The notes under the pieces were generated by a model that was not told where the DNA came from, searched no databases, and saw only the letters and a program-made list of their open reading frames with translations. The position numbers and the translations under genes are program-made. Below are positions 40,233 to 52,800 of a DNA stretch of 64,000 bases, piece after piece; the stretch's first letter is position 1; every line of letters begins with the position of its first letter. Origin of the DNA: Chrysomallon squamiferum (taxonomy: Eukaryota; Animalia; Mollusca). The DNA is taken from the NCBI GenBank assembly GCA_012295275.1, contig CM022677.1:13268001-13332000 (forward strand). Reading direction: 5' to 3'.

Positions 40233-41940
40233 TTTTTTTTTACACATATGCATTGATATATTTACATACATATCCATGATATCACCTATCTACATACATC
40301 TCCATATTTATGTCTATCTACACACATTTCCATATGTATGTCTATCTACACACATTTCCATATGTATGTCTATCTAAATATTTTCTCATAATCAATCTAC
40401 ATAGCGGTTATATAATCTGTCTAATTTTCTTTTATCCATTGAAATCAATAACCATCAATAACATCTCCTTATCTACATCTCCTATATATCCACCTACAGA
40501 TCTCCCTATTTTTCTGTATGTTTGCACACTTATGCACTCAGTATATTCACACTCTTCAAAAAACACAAGCATATTTTCCTTCCCATACACATGTATATAC
40601 TATTCTCTGCTCCAACTTATGCATACCTACACCTCCATATACATTCAGTCTTCCACATTACCGTCCATACTTGCCTACACCTACCTGTCTCTCTGTGTCT
40701 CTGCTGTCTATTAGTTAACTATCTACATATATCTACTGAAGTACTGACCTACCTACCTGTCTGTATCTTTTGTGTCTGATATCTGTCAGATGCCTGTCTA
40801 CATATATCTACATATCAACCTACTGATCTACTCACCTACATACCTATCTGTTTATCTATCAACATTACAACATATCAATAACCATCCATCAGTCATCTAT
40901 CCAACTCCCTGTCAAACTACCTACATACATAACTAACTGTGCCTGCATTACAACCTGTATGATTTATATATACATCTGTACGTCTACTCAGCCTGGCACA
41001 CAAAAACACATGACAGAAAGAAGAATACACAGAATAGATAGATGGCCATTGTCATGTTTACCTATCTACCTAAATTCATCTACATCTATCAATTCATTTG
41101 TTAACTTCTACTGATCTAGCTGTCTATCAGTCTATCAATATATACTTCTTTCTTTCTTTGTATCTTCCTGTTTATCTCTTCACCTGTTAACCTTTCATCT
41201 GACAGTCAGTCTCATATCTCTGTCAATCATTTCTCCATTCCTTTAAATCATTTACAGCTGCTCTCAAGTTAATTGCTAATAATCTTTATGAAAACAACAT
41301 TAATCTGGAACCTGCTCTCTATTTAAGAATATAATTGCTTCACATGTTTTCATTTCTTCTGCAATAATTTCTAATTTGCAGTGTAGAACCACACATAGCT
41401 TTTGTAGTGTCCTTAGTCATTATAGAGGAAGTTTTAAGTCCTTTCCTGATAAATCCAAGAATCATCCACTGTTAACTTTTGGAGAATAATGAATCAACAC
41501 TGATGTATATTGTTAACAACTTCTCTGTCTGGAAACTGCTTTGGAAAGAAAAATCCATAATTAGTCTATATCAGTAGATATCTCAATGTTTAAAGTAACC
41601 TCTATATTCTTCTTCATATTCTTGTAACTGAAGCTGATTCCAGAATCATGTCGTTTCTGTAGATACAATAATAAAATTTAATAGAATAATTATTTAAAAG
41701 TAATTTTCCATTGTGTTTAACCTGATAAATAACAAATAATTTAAACAAAAATATAAATCTATAAAAAGGTATCAAAATTGTAAATTTTACATTCTGGTCA
41801 AATTAAAATAACAAATGTGTCTTTTAAATCTACATTCATAAAGATAAATGAAATATTTTCATATATTAAACAAGAAGCATGCATTGATTAGATCAAAATA
41901 TGTTAAAATTAAGCAATACAAACATAAGATGAAAATGTAA
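38960..41940 (-). repeat. Module B: ~3-kb segment duplicated in inverted orientation at 55660-58210
   Basis: Reverse-complement matches include AAGCAATACAAACATAA (41911) with ~55675-55691, the exon 41258-41656 with 56013-56390, and CAACAGACTCAGTCTTTC (39018) with ~58117-58134. Confidence 0.9.
41258..41656 (-). pseudogene. Decayed large exon in module B (possible death-fold/CARD continuation)
   Basis: Acceptor TATTGTATCTACAG. Fragments read T*FWNQLQLQEYEEEYRGYFKH / FFFPKQFPDREVVNNIHQC*FIILQKLTVDDSWIYQ / SSIMTKDTTKAMCGSTLQI. Paralog at 56013. Confidence 0.4.
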
Positions 41941-41972
41941 TAATAATAATAATACAAATACCACACTAATAC

Positions 41973-42102
41973 TTCTCAGAGCTGAAATCCTCTATATCTT
42001 CAGCACTGACTTGCCTTGTACTGTAAAGGTGAGAGATGAGATCTGAAGAACTCTGTCTTTGTCCAAGTCTTTAAAATCTAACACAGATTTAACAGTATCC
42101 AC
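41973..42102 (-). pseudogene. Exon with CARD/death-fold-like helix pattern, frameshifted
   Basis: ttacag|...|gtatta borders. Reads VDTVKSVLDFKDL / GQRQSSSDLISHLYSTRQVSAEDIEDFSSEK, resembling CARD helices 1-3 (L.DHL....V.S.ED.E.I.SEK). Pattern recognition only. Confidence 0.4.
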
Positions 42103-42559
42103 CTGTAAATTGAAAATAATTCATTATCTCCAGCTGTGAAAAATGTGAGGCATTTTAGTTAAATAACTAATTGACAAGTTCTGTCATTTATTGTTTGAGA
42201 TAAGTCACTTTCAATGTCACGATTTCGAATATTTTACAACAAACTTCATGTTATAAAGTTCCCGTCCATAACTTAAAGCATGGACAATGAATTAAAAAAA
42301 AAAAATGAAAATAGGAAAGTCATTGTTTTGCATACATAATAGTACATATTTCAGAAGTCGAATGACAAGTCATTTTTAAGTAATTTTTTAAAAAGGCCGG
42401 TTGGTGGAGTTTTAAATTATTATTGTAAAACTGAACCTATAATGTGACAAGCATTATAATAAATGTATCGAGGTAATCATTCAAATAACACATAAATACC
42501 ACCTATAATGTATTAAAAATGAAAATAAATATTAAAATAAAAAACATAATTATTTCAAG

Positions 42560-42688
42560 TATTGTTTTACAACTACGTACTCAGCACTGTCCGCTGTGGA
42601 GTTTTAGCAGAGTAACGTGTCCAAGTCATGGTGAAATGAGAATATTCACCCACCAGCCTCAATGAAAATTATTATTATTATTATTATG

Positions 42689-42721
<33 letters not shown>

Positions 42722-44672
42722 TATTTTATTATTTTTTTTATTATTATTTTTAATTTTTTTTTATTTTTTTTTTTTTTTTTTTTTGGCTGGCGACATCGAA
42801 ATAATATCTGGAGAAATAAATCTAGTACGAAATGGGTAAGAGATAGTATGACGTCAAAGTTACAGAGAACAAAAAAGAAGTAATAATTCGTTTCGATCTT
42901 AGCAGCAATTACTACTCAATAATGAACATCTATGTATAAACGTATAAGTTATATGATGTATTTCCCCAAATTACTTTTAATAATCCATATAGACTTGATT
43001 GGATGTTTAAAAGTTTGTAAACACTGATCGGCGTTCGACGCTGCCATCTTGGATTTCGACTGGAAGTTTCCGTGAGCGCTCGGAAACCGTCTGATCGGGG
43101 TTTTGAGCTTCCAATTTTATCTATTTTACATCTATTTTCTTAACTTTTTTTATGATGTGTAAATTAGATCTGAGAAAGGTAATACCTTGCCTAAGTACTT
43201 TTTCAACTTAATCAAATTTTTCAAACTGGATTATTTTTATGCAAATGCGTGTATAATAAACTGAAATTATAATTTGTTATAAGATTACTGTATTAACTTT
43301 TCCAGTTGGCAATGCTCCCCAACAGAAACGATGATTCAGGTTTAGTTTGTACATTTCATAAACAAATAATTTGTAAATAAATTCATTGTTTTTAAAGTGA
43401 CAAATCGAAAAGAAAGAAATTAACTTGAATAAAAACATTAAATAAAATAAGCATTTTACAATAATTCAATAAATAATAATAACACATTAAATAAACGAAA
43501 ACTAAAGTAAACTGGTTATTTAAAAGACAAATAAAACGTAAGGAATGTTATTAAGCTGGTGCTGTCTGTTACAAAACAGTATACACAATTAGTTCTTTTC
43601 ATCTAAAAGCAGCAAATCTAATAATACCGTCGCATCGCATGTGCGGAGTAATCTATTTTAGAAGTTTGTGGTCTACGGGAAATAACTCTATTTAACACGT
43701 TGGAAAATATATAAAAAAGACTGAGTGTGAAGTAAAATATTAAAAAAAGAATAAAATAACAAAAAGAAATCTCATAGAAATATATATTTTTTCAATAAAT
43801 GAAGCGACAAAAGATTATTACTGACATCATAAGTCTGATGAATACAGATAATTCACTCAATTTACTGAATTCACTAAAAAATAAATTATTTAAACCTATA
43901 TATTATTTTGCATTTCTATTTAATATAACTGTTTCTTTATAATAAATATATGCCTGAAATAATTGTATTTTCTTTCTTACTCTTTTCTTTTTTTCTTGTT
44001 TCAGTATTCTTTCTTAATTATTATGTTATTTATCGTTTTAATTAGCAATATTGTTGTTATTTTTATCGTTAATCTCGTTATTTGATATATTATTACTGAA
44101 AAAAAAGGAACAATTATCAATAGATAGTTAGATTATACAGACACACATACATAGAAAAGAAAGAATCTGGTTAACGTGTTTGCCTTAGATGATACATAAG
44201 TTGATATATATATATAGTTAAATAATATATAGATAGATACCCTGACGATAGCTACGGATGGATATAGAGATAGAGAGACATTTTACATTTCATAGGCAAA
44301 TGAACTTGTAAGAAAATGTTTGTATATGCGTTATAATATAATATCATATTAACCTCGCTTTTATCATGTTTTCTTTTATTCTCTCTGTCGGTCTGTATAT
44401 CCATCTATCTATCTATATGTCTGTCTGTCGGACTGTCTATGTCTCTGTCTGTCTGTCTGTCGGACTGTCTATGTCTCTGTCTGTCTGTCTGTCTATCTTT
44501 CCACCTACCTATCTACCTCTCAGACTGTAGAGATAAGTGCAGGTGTAGCTGTAATTATAACTTCAGTAATTTTGTTATAAACACTGCAGAAAATATTGAT
44601 AATAAAGCAGCGATGATATTTTATCTCACTGGGAGAGATTCTGTGTATTCTGAAAATACTGAAGGATCTTTA
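42560..44672 (-). repeat. Module A' (inverted paralog of 15810-17790)
   Basis: Colinear reverse-complement matches to module A along its length. Confidence 0.9.
43040..43088 (-). promoter_or_regulatory. Paralogous candidate promoter in module A'
   Basis: The minus strand reads GTTTCCGAGCGCTCACGGAAACTTCCAGTCGAAATCCAAGATGGCAGC, with the ATG at 43047. Confidence 0.45.
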
Positions 44673-44868
44673 TTTATTTATTATTTATTTATTTATATTC
44701 TTAACTAAGTTAATTAATTTGTGGTTTACTTTATTTTTAATAATAAGAATCTGTATTAAAGTTTCAAGTATTTATGAAAGATACACTTGTAAATATCAAT
44801 AATATGTTGAAGTTAGTTCATTTTAATATTGTATTTCACCTCTAAATTGCAACCCCACTATCTTTACA

Positions 44869-44935
<67 letters not shown>

Positions 44936-45555
44936 TGGAAGACATCCAATTTTTTGGTGATGGCGGTACTGAAGTTGCGTGTTATTATAAGTAAGTTAAC
45001 ATTTTCTTTCTTCATGTAGATGTAGATGTCTTTCTTCCTACGGATGGGTCACCTCCGTCTTCCTGTGTGTAGTGGTCCAACAAGCACGGCATGACAGTTG
45101 ACATGATACGAAAAGCAGCTCAAGCCACAAACTGATAAAAAAACACCCGATGAATATAAAGCTGATAATAATTTTAAAACACTATGTTATTTACGAAAGA
45201 TCATAAACGTGAAGAATGTGAACATGGTGATCAGTAAATATAATCATTGAAATTTAGATTAATTTATTACAATAATCGGACATCTCGGTTCTTGGTTTTG
45301 TTTCGCTTTCAATAGCAAGATATATCTTTGCGGTAGACATACCTAAAATAACATGAATTACTTCGAAAATAAAAATTATAAAAATTATTGTTAACAAATA
45401 AATTATAATAAGATTTAAATTACTGAAGATTTCGTGCTTACAAATTAGAATGTATACTAAACGTACACTCGATTTTATATTGTTTATTTTTATATCGATC
45501 GGAGTTGAAAATAAAGATTAATATTCGGCTAAATTCGGTTTTCCGTTCGGGTCTA

Positions 45556-45625
45556 TGACGTCATCAATGCTTTGTTTACATAGATACAGTTGGCGATTTT
45601 GAAGATTAGCGCATTCGAGTTAGTT
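45556..45625 (+). promoter_or_regulatory. Candidate promoter (CRE, forkhead site, Inr-like)
   Basis: TGACGTCA at 45556, TGTTTAC at ~45572 and TTAGTT at ~45620, in a CpG-retaining block upstream of the 46073 ORF. Confidence 0.35.
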
Positions 45626-46072
45626 CTGACTCTACTTTCCTTCTTTTTGACTTTATATATTGAATTGCTTTTGCAAGTGATGAAGGTTACATTTGTGTAG
45701 GTTTAATTTTTATATTATTGACATATTTAAGTCCAAACTGGACATATTGTTTTATGCTGGAATAGTTATTATTATTTTTAGATTAGATAATCAACGATAA
45801 CTGAAAACTGTGTGTATGCATTACTTTCTAACCTCTAATGCTATGATTCCTGTTTCTTATATTGTCAAAATATGCTTATTTTTACATAAAAATAACAACA
45901 ATCAATTACAGATCGTTTCGAATGTTTTTATTTTAAAAGAATAAATGAGTGTAAAAAATATATCATTATCTGACAACTATTATTTTATTAATTCTTCACG
46001 TCTAAAAATATTTAGTGAAATATAGAATACTTGAACATTTCTTTTATTTTCAGAATCCGTTTCGAAGAGCTC

Positions 46073-46445
46073 ATGGATGTCGACCCCTTTGACGACAGAG
46101 ACATTCAACCAATGGAGGTTGACCCATTCGGAGAACCCATGGATAATGGATACATCCTGAGTATAAGGTATCATAATAAAATATGTTGAAACATTATTGT
46201 TTTTCGCAAATATTCTCTACTTTCATATTAGACACAGCTATACTGCGAATGAAGTAAAGATAATATAATAAATAAACATTTTTCTTTTCTTCTTGTACAG
46301 GTGGATTTCTTTGGTTCTCCCGATCGTTCACGTCCAATGCAAGGACACCGACGTCCATGGGCTCCACCCTCTTCCCGTGTGTAGCGGGCCACGTGAAAAG
46401 CACGACCTGGAGCTGACTGGAAGCGAAAAGCAGCTCAAAGAATGA
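46073..46445 (+). CDS. Small two-exon ORF (79 aa) with repeated M(D/E)VDPF motifs, unknown function
   Basis: Exons 46073-46167 and 46301-46445 with a GT-AG intron are phase-compatible: MDVDPFDDRDIQPMEVDPFGEPMDNGYILSIR WISLVLPIVHVQCKDTDVHGLHPLPVCSGPREKHDLELTGSEKQLKE*. Confidence 0.4.
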
Positions 46446-47155
46446 ACTGGAAAAAACAACTGATGAACACAGAAGTTGACAAAACGTTTCAAACATGAGA
46501 CATCATATACATGTAAATCATGCCAGTCATTTATATCTTGATCAGTGGTGGTGATTAAGGAAGTTTTTTCCTCTCAATGTTGTATTGATGAACATATATT
46601 TACAAAACAGTAACAGTAATTCAGAAATGTTTTAGAATACATACATAAATATATATATATTCAACCCATGTACGTTATATATTTTTACATTTGTAAAGAT
46701 TAATCTTTTTCTAAATTAAAAAGTGGTGTTGTTTTTCTCTTTCATGCAGTCAGGTTGAGCACAGATTTTGTTTTTAAAATCTACATTATTATTTAATTAA
46801 GTACAGTGTATAAATGTTAATTTGTTCTATTTATTTATAATTTTGAAGTATTCAAACTCATTTCAGAAATGATATCAGATTTTATTCATACTGAGAAGAC
46901 AGAAGTCTCGTGTGATTAGCCGCTCCGTGTATCTTAGCGATCACACCCAGGACCGGTCCCAGGGATTTTCCTCTTTATATTCTAAAGATCTCAACTATAC
47001 AAGGTGGCGCCATGACTACATGTGCAGGTACCTCCAGACATTGTTGTTCTGTTATATTAGCAGTTATATAATCTGTTATATTAGCACTTCACACAACAGT
47101 CGGTATTGGTATTACTGCTAAATACAAGAATCTTTTCAATACTCATTTATTTATT

Positions 47156-47193
47156 TATTTATAGTCATAATATATATATTATGACTATAAATA
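47156..47193. repeat. Perfect 38-bp palindrome centred on (TA)4
   Basis: TATTTATAGTCATAA-TATATATA-TTATGACTATAAATA. Confidence 0.9.
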
Positions 47194-47937
47194 TATAGTA
47201 TGACTATTTATATTCCCACGAACACTATCTATTTTAGTATCTATTATCATTGCAAATCAAAGATAATTACCTTTTTGTTATCTCAAGTTATCGGCTGAAA
47301 ATTTGTCAGCTGTAATGGTAGCAGAAGACGTTTTAAAAATAAATATGTTAGAAATACAGGAGAAATTAATGTAGTTTTCTGTTTGTTAAACGACAATCTT
47401 ACAGTGATAATTAGATATGCCTAATGATATCAAGAAATAAGAGTAATGTTTTAACGAGATCAAACAGTATTAAATAGTATAAAAAGAAAAAAGGTTTTTA
47501 TTTTGTCTTCGCCTCCGAAATGTTTGAGACACGGTAGTCTTTTTACTTTTGGATGACTTGAAACTAATATCGTAATCGAGACTCATTTCCGACTCGCACG
47601 TCACTTCACGTCTGCTAGAAAAACATTTTAATCTTCGTTTACCATTGAACGATAACAGATCATTTTTAATTCGCTGATAAGAAATATTCACTTATTAATA
47701 ATGTTATTGACAAGAAGGTAGGCATCATACGAAAAAAAAAAAAAAAAAAAATAAATAAATAAAGTAAAGAAATAAAACAAAATAAAGAAAAACGATTGGG
47801 AACGCTCACGCTTCGGAACTAAGGACCACTAAGATTGTAGTGTTTATATCAGTTCTTATTTTCTAAAACAACAGAAATTTGAACTAAACAAACTTTCTTT
47901 TTTTAATTTAATTTAATTTAATTTATTTATTTATTTG

Positions 47938-47990
<53 letters not shown>

Positions 47991-48388
47991 TCAGAAAATT
48001 TAAAATAAATAAATAAGAATGCAATACAAAAATTAATATTGAACAATCTATGCATTTTTCATTATTAACAATGGAAGATATATAAATATTGATTGTTTCA
48101 ATCGCAATAAAAAATAAAAGCTTATTTTAAAAATCTTATGTTGGTATAAGAGTATAATAATTTTATAATCAACAGTGAAAAAGTGAACTGAGTAAAATAT
48201 ACATTCTTCACAATTAATGTGACACTTACTAATAGAAAAAATACTTTTTAATCTGTTATTACTTTTTTTATTTAAGTTTCTGGAAAGCTGATAAATCAGC
48301 ACATTAAATCTCAATTTTAACTTTATAAAAAGCACAGTTCATCGTGAAAAGTGAAGATTAATGCATATTTGTTTTGTGTTTTTTATAG

Positions 48389-49726
48389 TTAAAAAGGAAT
48401 AAGTGAGAACACCTGAACTTAAGGAGATGTTATTATCTACATCACAGACTGATATTGAAAAGAAGAGGTGTAAAGGTTATATCAACTTTTATTGTAAACA
48501 AGAAGCGCAGTAGATAGGAAGAAATATGGATGGGGTTCCAGGTAAGTGCCCTTTTTAAATAAATTTATTAGAGAAAATAGGGTGAAGGTAAAGGTATACC
48601 AGATAACTGAATCTGAGAGATGATTTCAAAATATTTACTTTAAAGAGAAGCCCACTGTATATTTAGAATTATAGAACAGTTAAGTGATAAATATTGTTTA
48701 TTTTAATTTCAATAAAAAGTTTTAAAAATGTCTATAAACACTGACAGATGAACAGATAGATGGAAAGATAAATGATGGATTGATACATAGATGTAGATTG
48801 TACAGACTGTGTGAGAAACAGTCGGCTTGATAAGTAATCATAATATTATAGATAGACAGATGGTAAAAATGGAATAATCAGAGAGAAGACAGATAGATAG
48901 AAGACAGGCCATAGCTAAATTAATAGAGAGGAAGAAACACAGTGCTAATAACAACTAATTTGGAAAGTGCAAAAGAAAATATATACAGTTATGTAGGTAG
49001 AGTGTGTTTGTAGATGGAGAAACAGAAGGACAGGTTGTAATGTAGGTATGTAGACATAGTTAGATCTGTAGGTAGGCAGGGAGTTGGGTAGATGATTGGC
49101 ACATCCAAACATTCCTCCAAATCCTTTTCCATGCATCCATACTCTCTCTAGATGATGTGGTGGTACATGCATGGATGGACAAGATAAAAGAAAAATAGAT
49201 AAGATAGAAGAAGCAGATAGGTAGGTAGATAGGTAGGTTTGTGTGTAGATAGATAACTCTGCAGGTTGATGGATAGATACAAAGTGATAGAGAGTGACAG
49301 AAAGGAAGATGGGTAACTACATGTATATGGAAGTGTAGTACATGTGTTTGATGTGCCAGAACGTCTGTGAATGAGAGTGTGCTTGTGTTATAAACGGACA
49401 CATTCAGGAAGACAGAGGTTGTAAGGTAATTATGCAGGGAGGTAGCTGCAGAGATGGACAGATGATTTATGGTTGATTATTGATGGATCAGAATGTGAAC
49501 AGATAGATAAAAAAGAAAATGATAGGTTGGTACATGCATATATGGCAAAGTAGAAATTGGTGTTTGCATATAGGTATATAAGTTGAGTACATTGTTCTGT
49601 TACAAATATGTATGAATGTATGTATGTATGTGAAGGAGAATGTGCTAGTGTGTTTTTGAGGAGTGCCTGTGAATTTAACGTGAAAGGAGGAGTTAATGTA
49701 TATATATTCATATGCATGTTTTTGTA

Positions 49727-49820
<94 letters not shown>

Positions 49821-52800
49821 AGAGGAATGTTTGGATGTACATGGTGTGAGTGATTGATTTACTTAGAGTTTGATGGGCAGATAAATAGACAAATATACAT
49901 ACCAATGGATAAGCAGAGAAACAGACAGTAAGGTAGAGAGGGACATTTAAAGTATATTTCATTTTACTTATATGAATTCATGTCAAAAGTGGATTCTTGA
50001 TTACCTCCCGTTTTTGATCCACAAAGACCAAAGTATGACAAGAACAAAAACAATAAAAAAATGAAAATAAAACTATTTTAATAATATTTAACATAATCCT
50101 AAGATATGATCCATTAATAACTACAAAAACAACAATAAAAAGTTAAATAAAACTATTTTAATAATATTTAGTATAATTCTAAAAATATATACAGTAACAA
50201 CAATAATAAAAAGATAAAGCTATTTTAATTATTATTTAATTGTGATTCTGAAACTATAATGCAATAACAACAATAATAAAACGAGAAATAAAACTTTTAA
50301 TATAAAAATAAATCAGTATTGAGATATTTCTTTTTAATAAAAACAACAACAACAGATCTTAATATAAGTAATGCAGAAAGCCAGTTATTGATTATATTTT
50401 TAAAGATTTATTAATTGAATATTTTTATATTATTAGACTGATTATTGGGGTTCAGATTTCAAATCTTTTGAAAAAGAATTAAAATAGGGCTGGATTAAGA
50501 CAGCATATGTTATAATGGGACACACTGAAGACAAATTGTCATGAACTGATTTGTTTATTTGTGGTGTACTAAAACTGATATTTGATGTATCAATTTAAAA
50601 TACAGAAATAGGTAAGAAAATATTAGTTTTATTTTTACATTCAACCCACAGTGATAGACATACAGTACCATTAAGTGTGTTTTTCCTGGGAATAGTCTGG
50701 TCTTTAAAACTCCTCTTATATTGTATTGTTAGATAAGTTTATTTTTTTCTTATTTTAATTAATAGAAAAAAAAAGTACATTTCAAAAATTAGCTAGTTGA
50801 TGTAGAGCTGTTAATATCTGATAATAATACTTTTATGAATGTTATTTAAGAATGAAAAACCTGCTTAAAATATACTTGTATATGTGTCAGTATTTATTAG
50901 AAAGTCTAATTAAATCATTTATTAATTAAATCATTTATCAGAAATGATCAGTGAAAATATTTGAATAGGAATAATAAAATTTCATTTTTGTTTGAAAGGC
51001 CTGCATTTAAAAATATTTTGCAGTAACAACATATAAGCTGATTGATGAAACAGAGAAACCAAACATTTTAATATATTTTCAGTGGTGACTAAAAGTTAAA
51101 AAGAAATAGTTATTAACATTTTTGTATTTATTATATTTATTTATAGAATTTTAGGTAGTTTTGCACTAAATGTTTTGGGTTTTTTTATTTTATGGTTGTT
51201 ACAGAATGTAATCCTTAAAATTCTTTTTCTGTGTCTGTCCCTTTTTAGTTTTCCTAAATCATTTGTTTTTCTAAGCAGACTCTTAAATAACATACAACTT
51301 GCATTTTCAGACATTCAATAAAATTATCAACAATGTTGATCGAGGAGGACATTGGTCACTGTGATGGTCAAGGTGACAATGGCAGTGTTTCACCCATAAA
51401 AAACATTACAATGCCAAATACTTTGACAAGGTAGCTAATTATTATTTTATTTCTTTGTTTTGTTTTCTCAACTCATTTGTCATTTTTGTCATGGTGATAT
51501 GCAGCTGCTTGAACTTAAAGGATAAGATTTAGGCAGTGAATTTATATTTCACTGTACCACAGTACGTGTAACAGGCAGAGGTCCTTCCCTTCTTGTGACC
51601 ACATTGCTGTATGAAACCTGTCAGTGAACTCTGTAAATCATCAAGCTGCATTTGCAATGAATAATTTTTTAAATTATTTTTAAAATAATTTTAAATACAT
51701 TTCTTAGGACTTCTTTGTGTTTTTCCAAAATATTTAAATTACCTGCTGACTTATTGGATTTATTATCCTTTTATTTTTGTTTCAGAATGGATGACAATAA
51801 GCCTGCTGAATATGCAGAAAATGGTGCAGTGAAAAGGTAAGTAAAGATTTAATTATGTTTTGCTATCAAGTTTTCACACATGATCATAGTAAAATAAAAT
51901 TAATAGATAAGAATGATGATTATTTATTTTAAGTACATGATCATTAGCCAGTAATTGTTAAGAAGTATGTTTTTGTAAGTTTGGTTATCAATAGGCATTT
52001 TACCTTCTTTATTTTTACTAAAGTAAAAACATTAATTGTTGTACATTTCATTTATTTATTTACTATTGGTCTTAATAAAAATCAAAATGAGCTTTTTAAT
52101 CAGTTAAATAAAACACTTTGTTTTTAATATTGTTAAATTTTTAGATTTATCAAGCTATAACAAACAAACCTTCACTTTCTGTGTTGACTTCACACATTGG
52201 TATTACTGAGAATATTAACTAACAATACACATTATATATTTATTTATTTTCACTCTCCAGTTTTCTTATCAACACTACAGCTGTTTTATGATTATATTTA
52301 AACGTTATAGAAAATATAGAAAATGTTTTAAAAAATACTAATAACTTTTCTAATATGTTAAGATTATCTTCAGCTTTTAGATATGTATAATCATTTTAAA
52401 TATATATATATATTTAAAATGATTATACATATATACATATATATAATTTTAATTTTGTTATTGATGTTGATATATATATATATCAACATCAATAACAAAA
52501 TTAAAATTATATTTTAAAATCTTGGTTGATCACATCATTTTATGTAGAAATGTGATTTCATATTTTGTTTTATTTTCCATATTTCCTACAGGGTTATGCA
52601 ACAACTGCACCATTTGGTAAAGCTCTGGAGATGTCAAGGAGCTACAAAGAAGGTGAACTATCTTTTAATATTTTTGTTGTTTTATTTTTATATCATATAG
52701 TTTATTTAACAATTAAGGAAATATATACTTTTTTATAAATAAATTTAAAATTTTACCAACTCTTGCACTTTTTGTCATAATAAACCTTAACAGTTTTTAA

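Noticed and set aside
38365-40779. Cluster of long Ile/Tyr/Leu/Ser ORFs (also 48.9-49.9 kb and 56.8-58.8 kb)
   Set aside because: These are cryptically simple CTAT/TAGA-rich sequence with no domain signal.
48389-48541. RRM-like KGYINF...EAQ...MDG motif
   Set aside because: RNP1 spacing is imperfect and two stops are present; too weak to name.
51311-51430. Ulp1/C48 protease-like GHWSL motif
   Set aside because: A single short motif with no catalytic Cys region identified.
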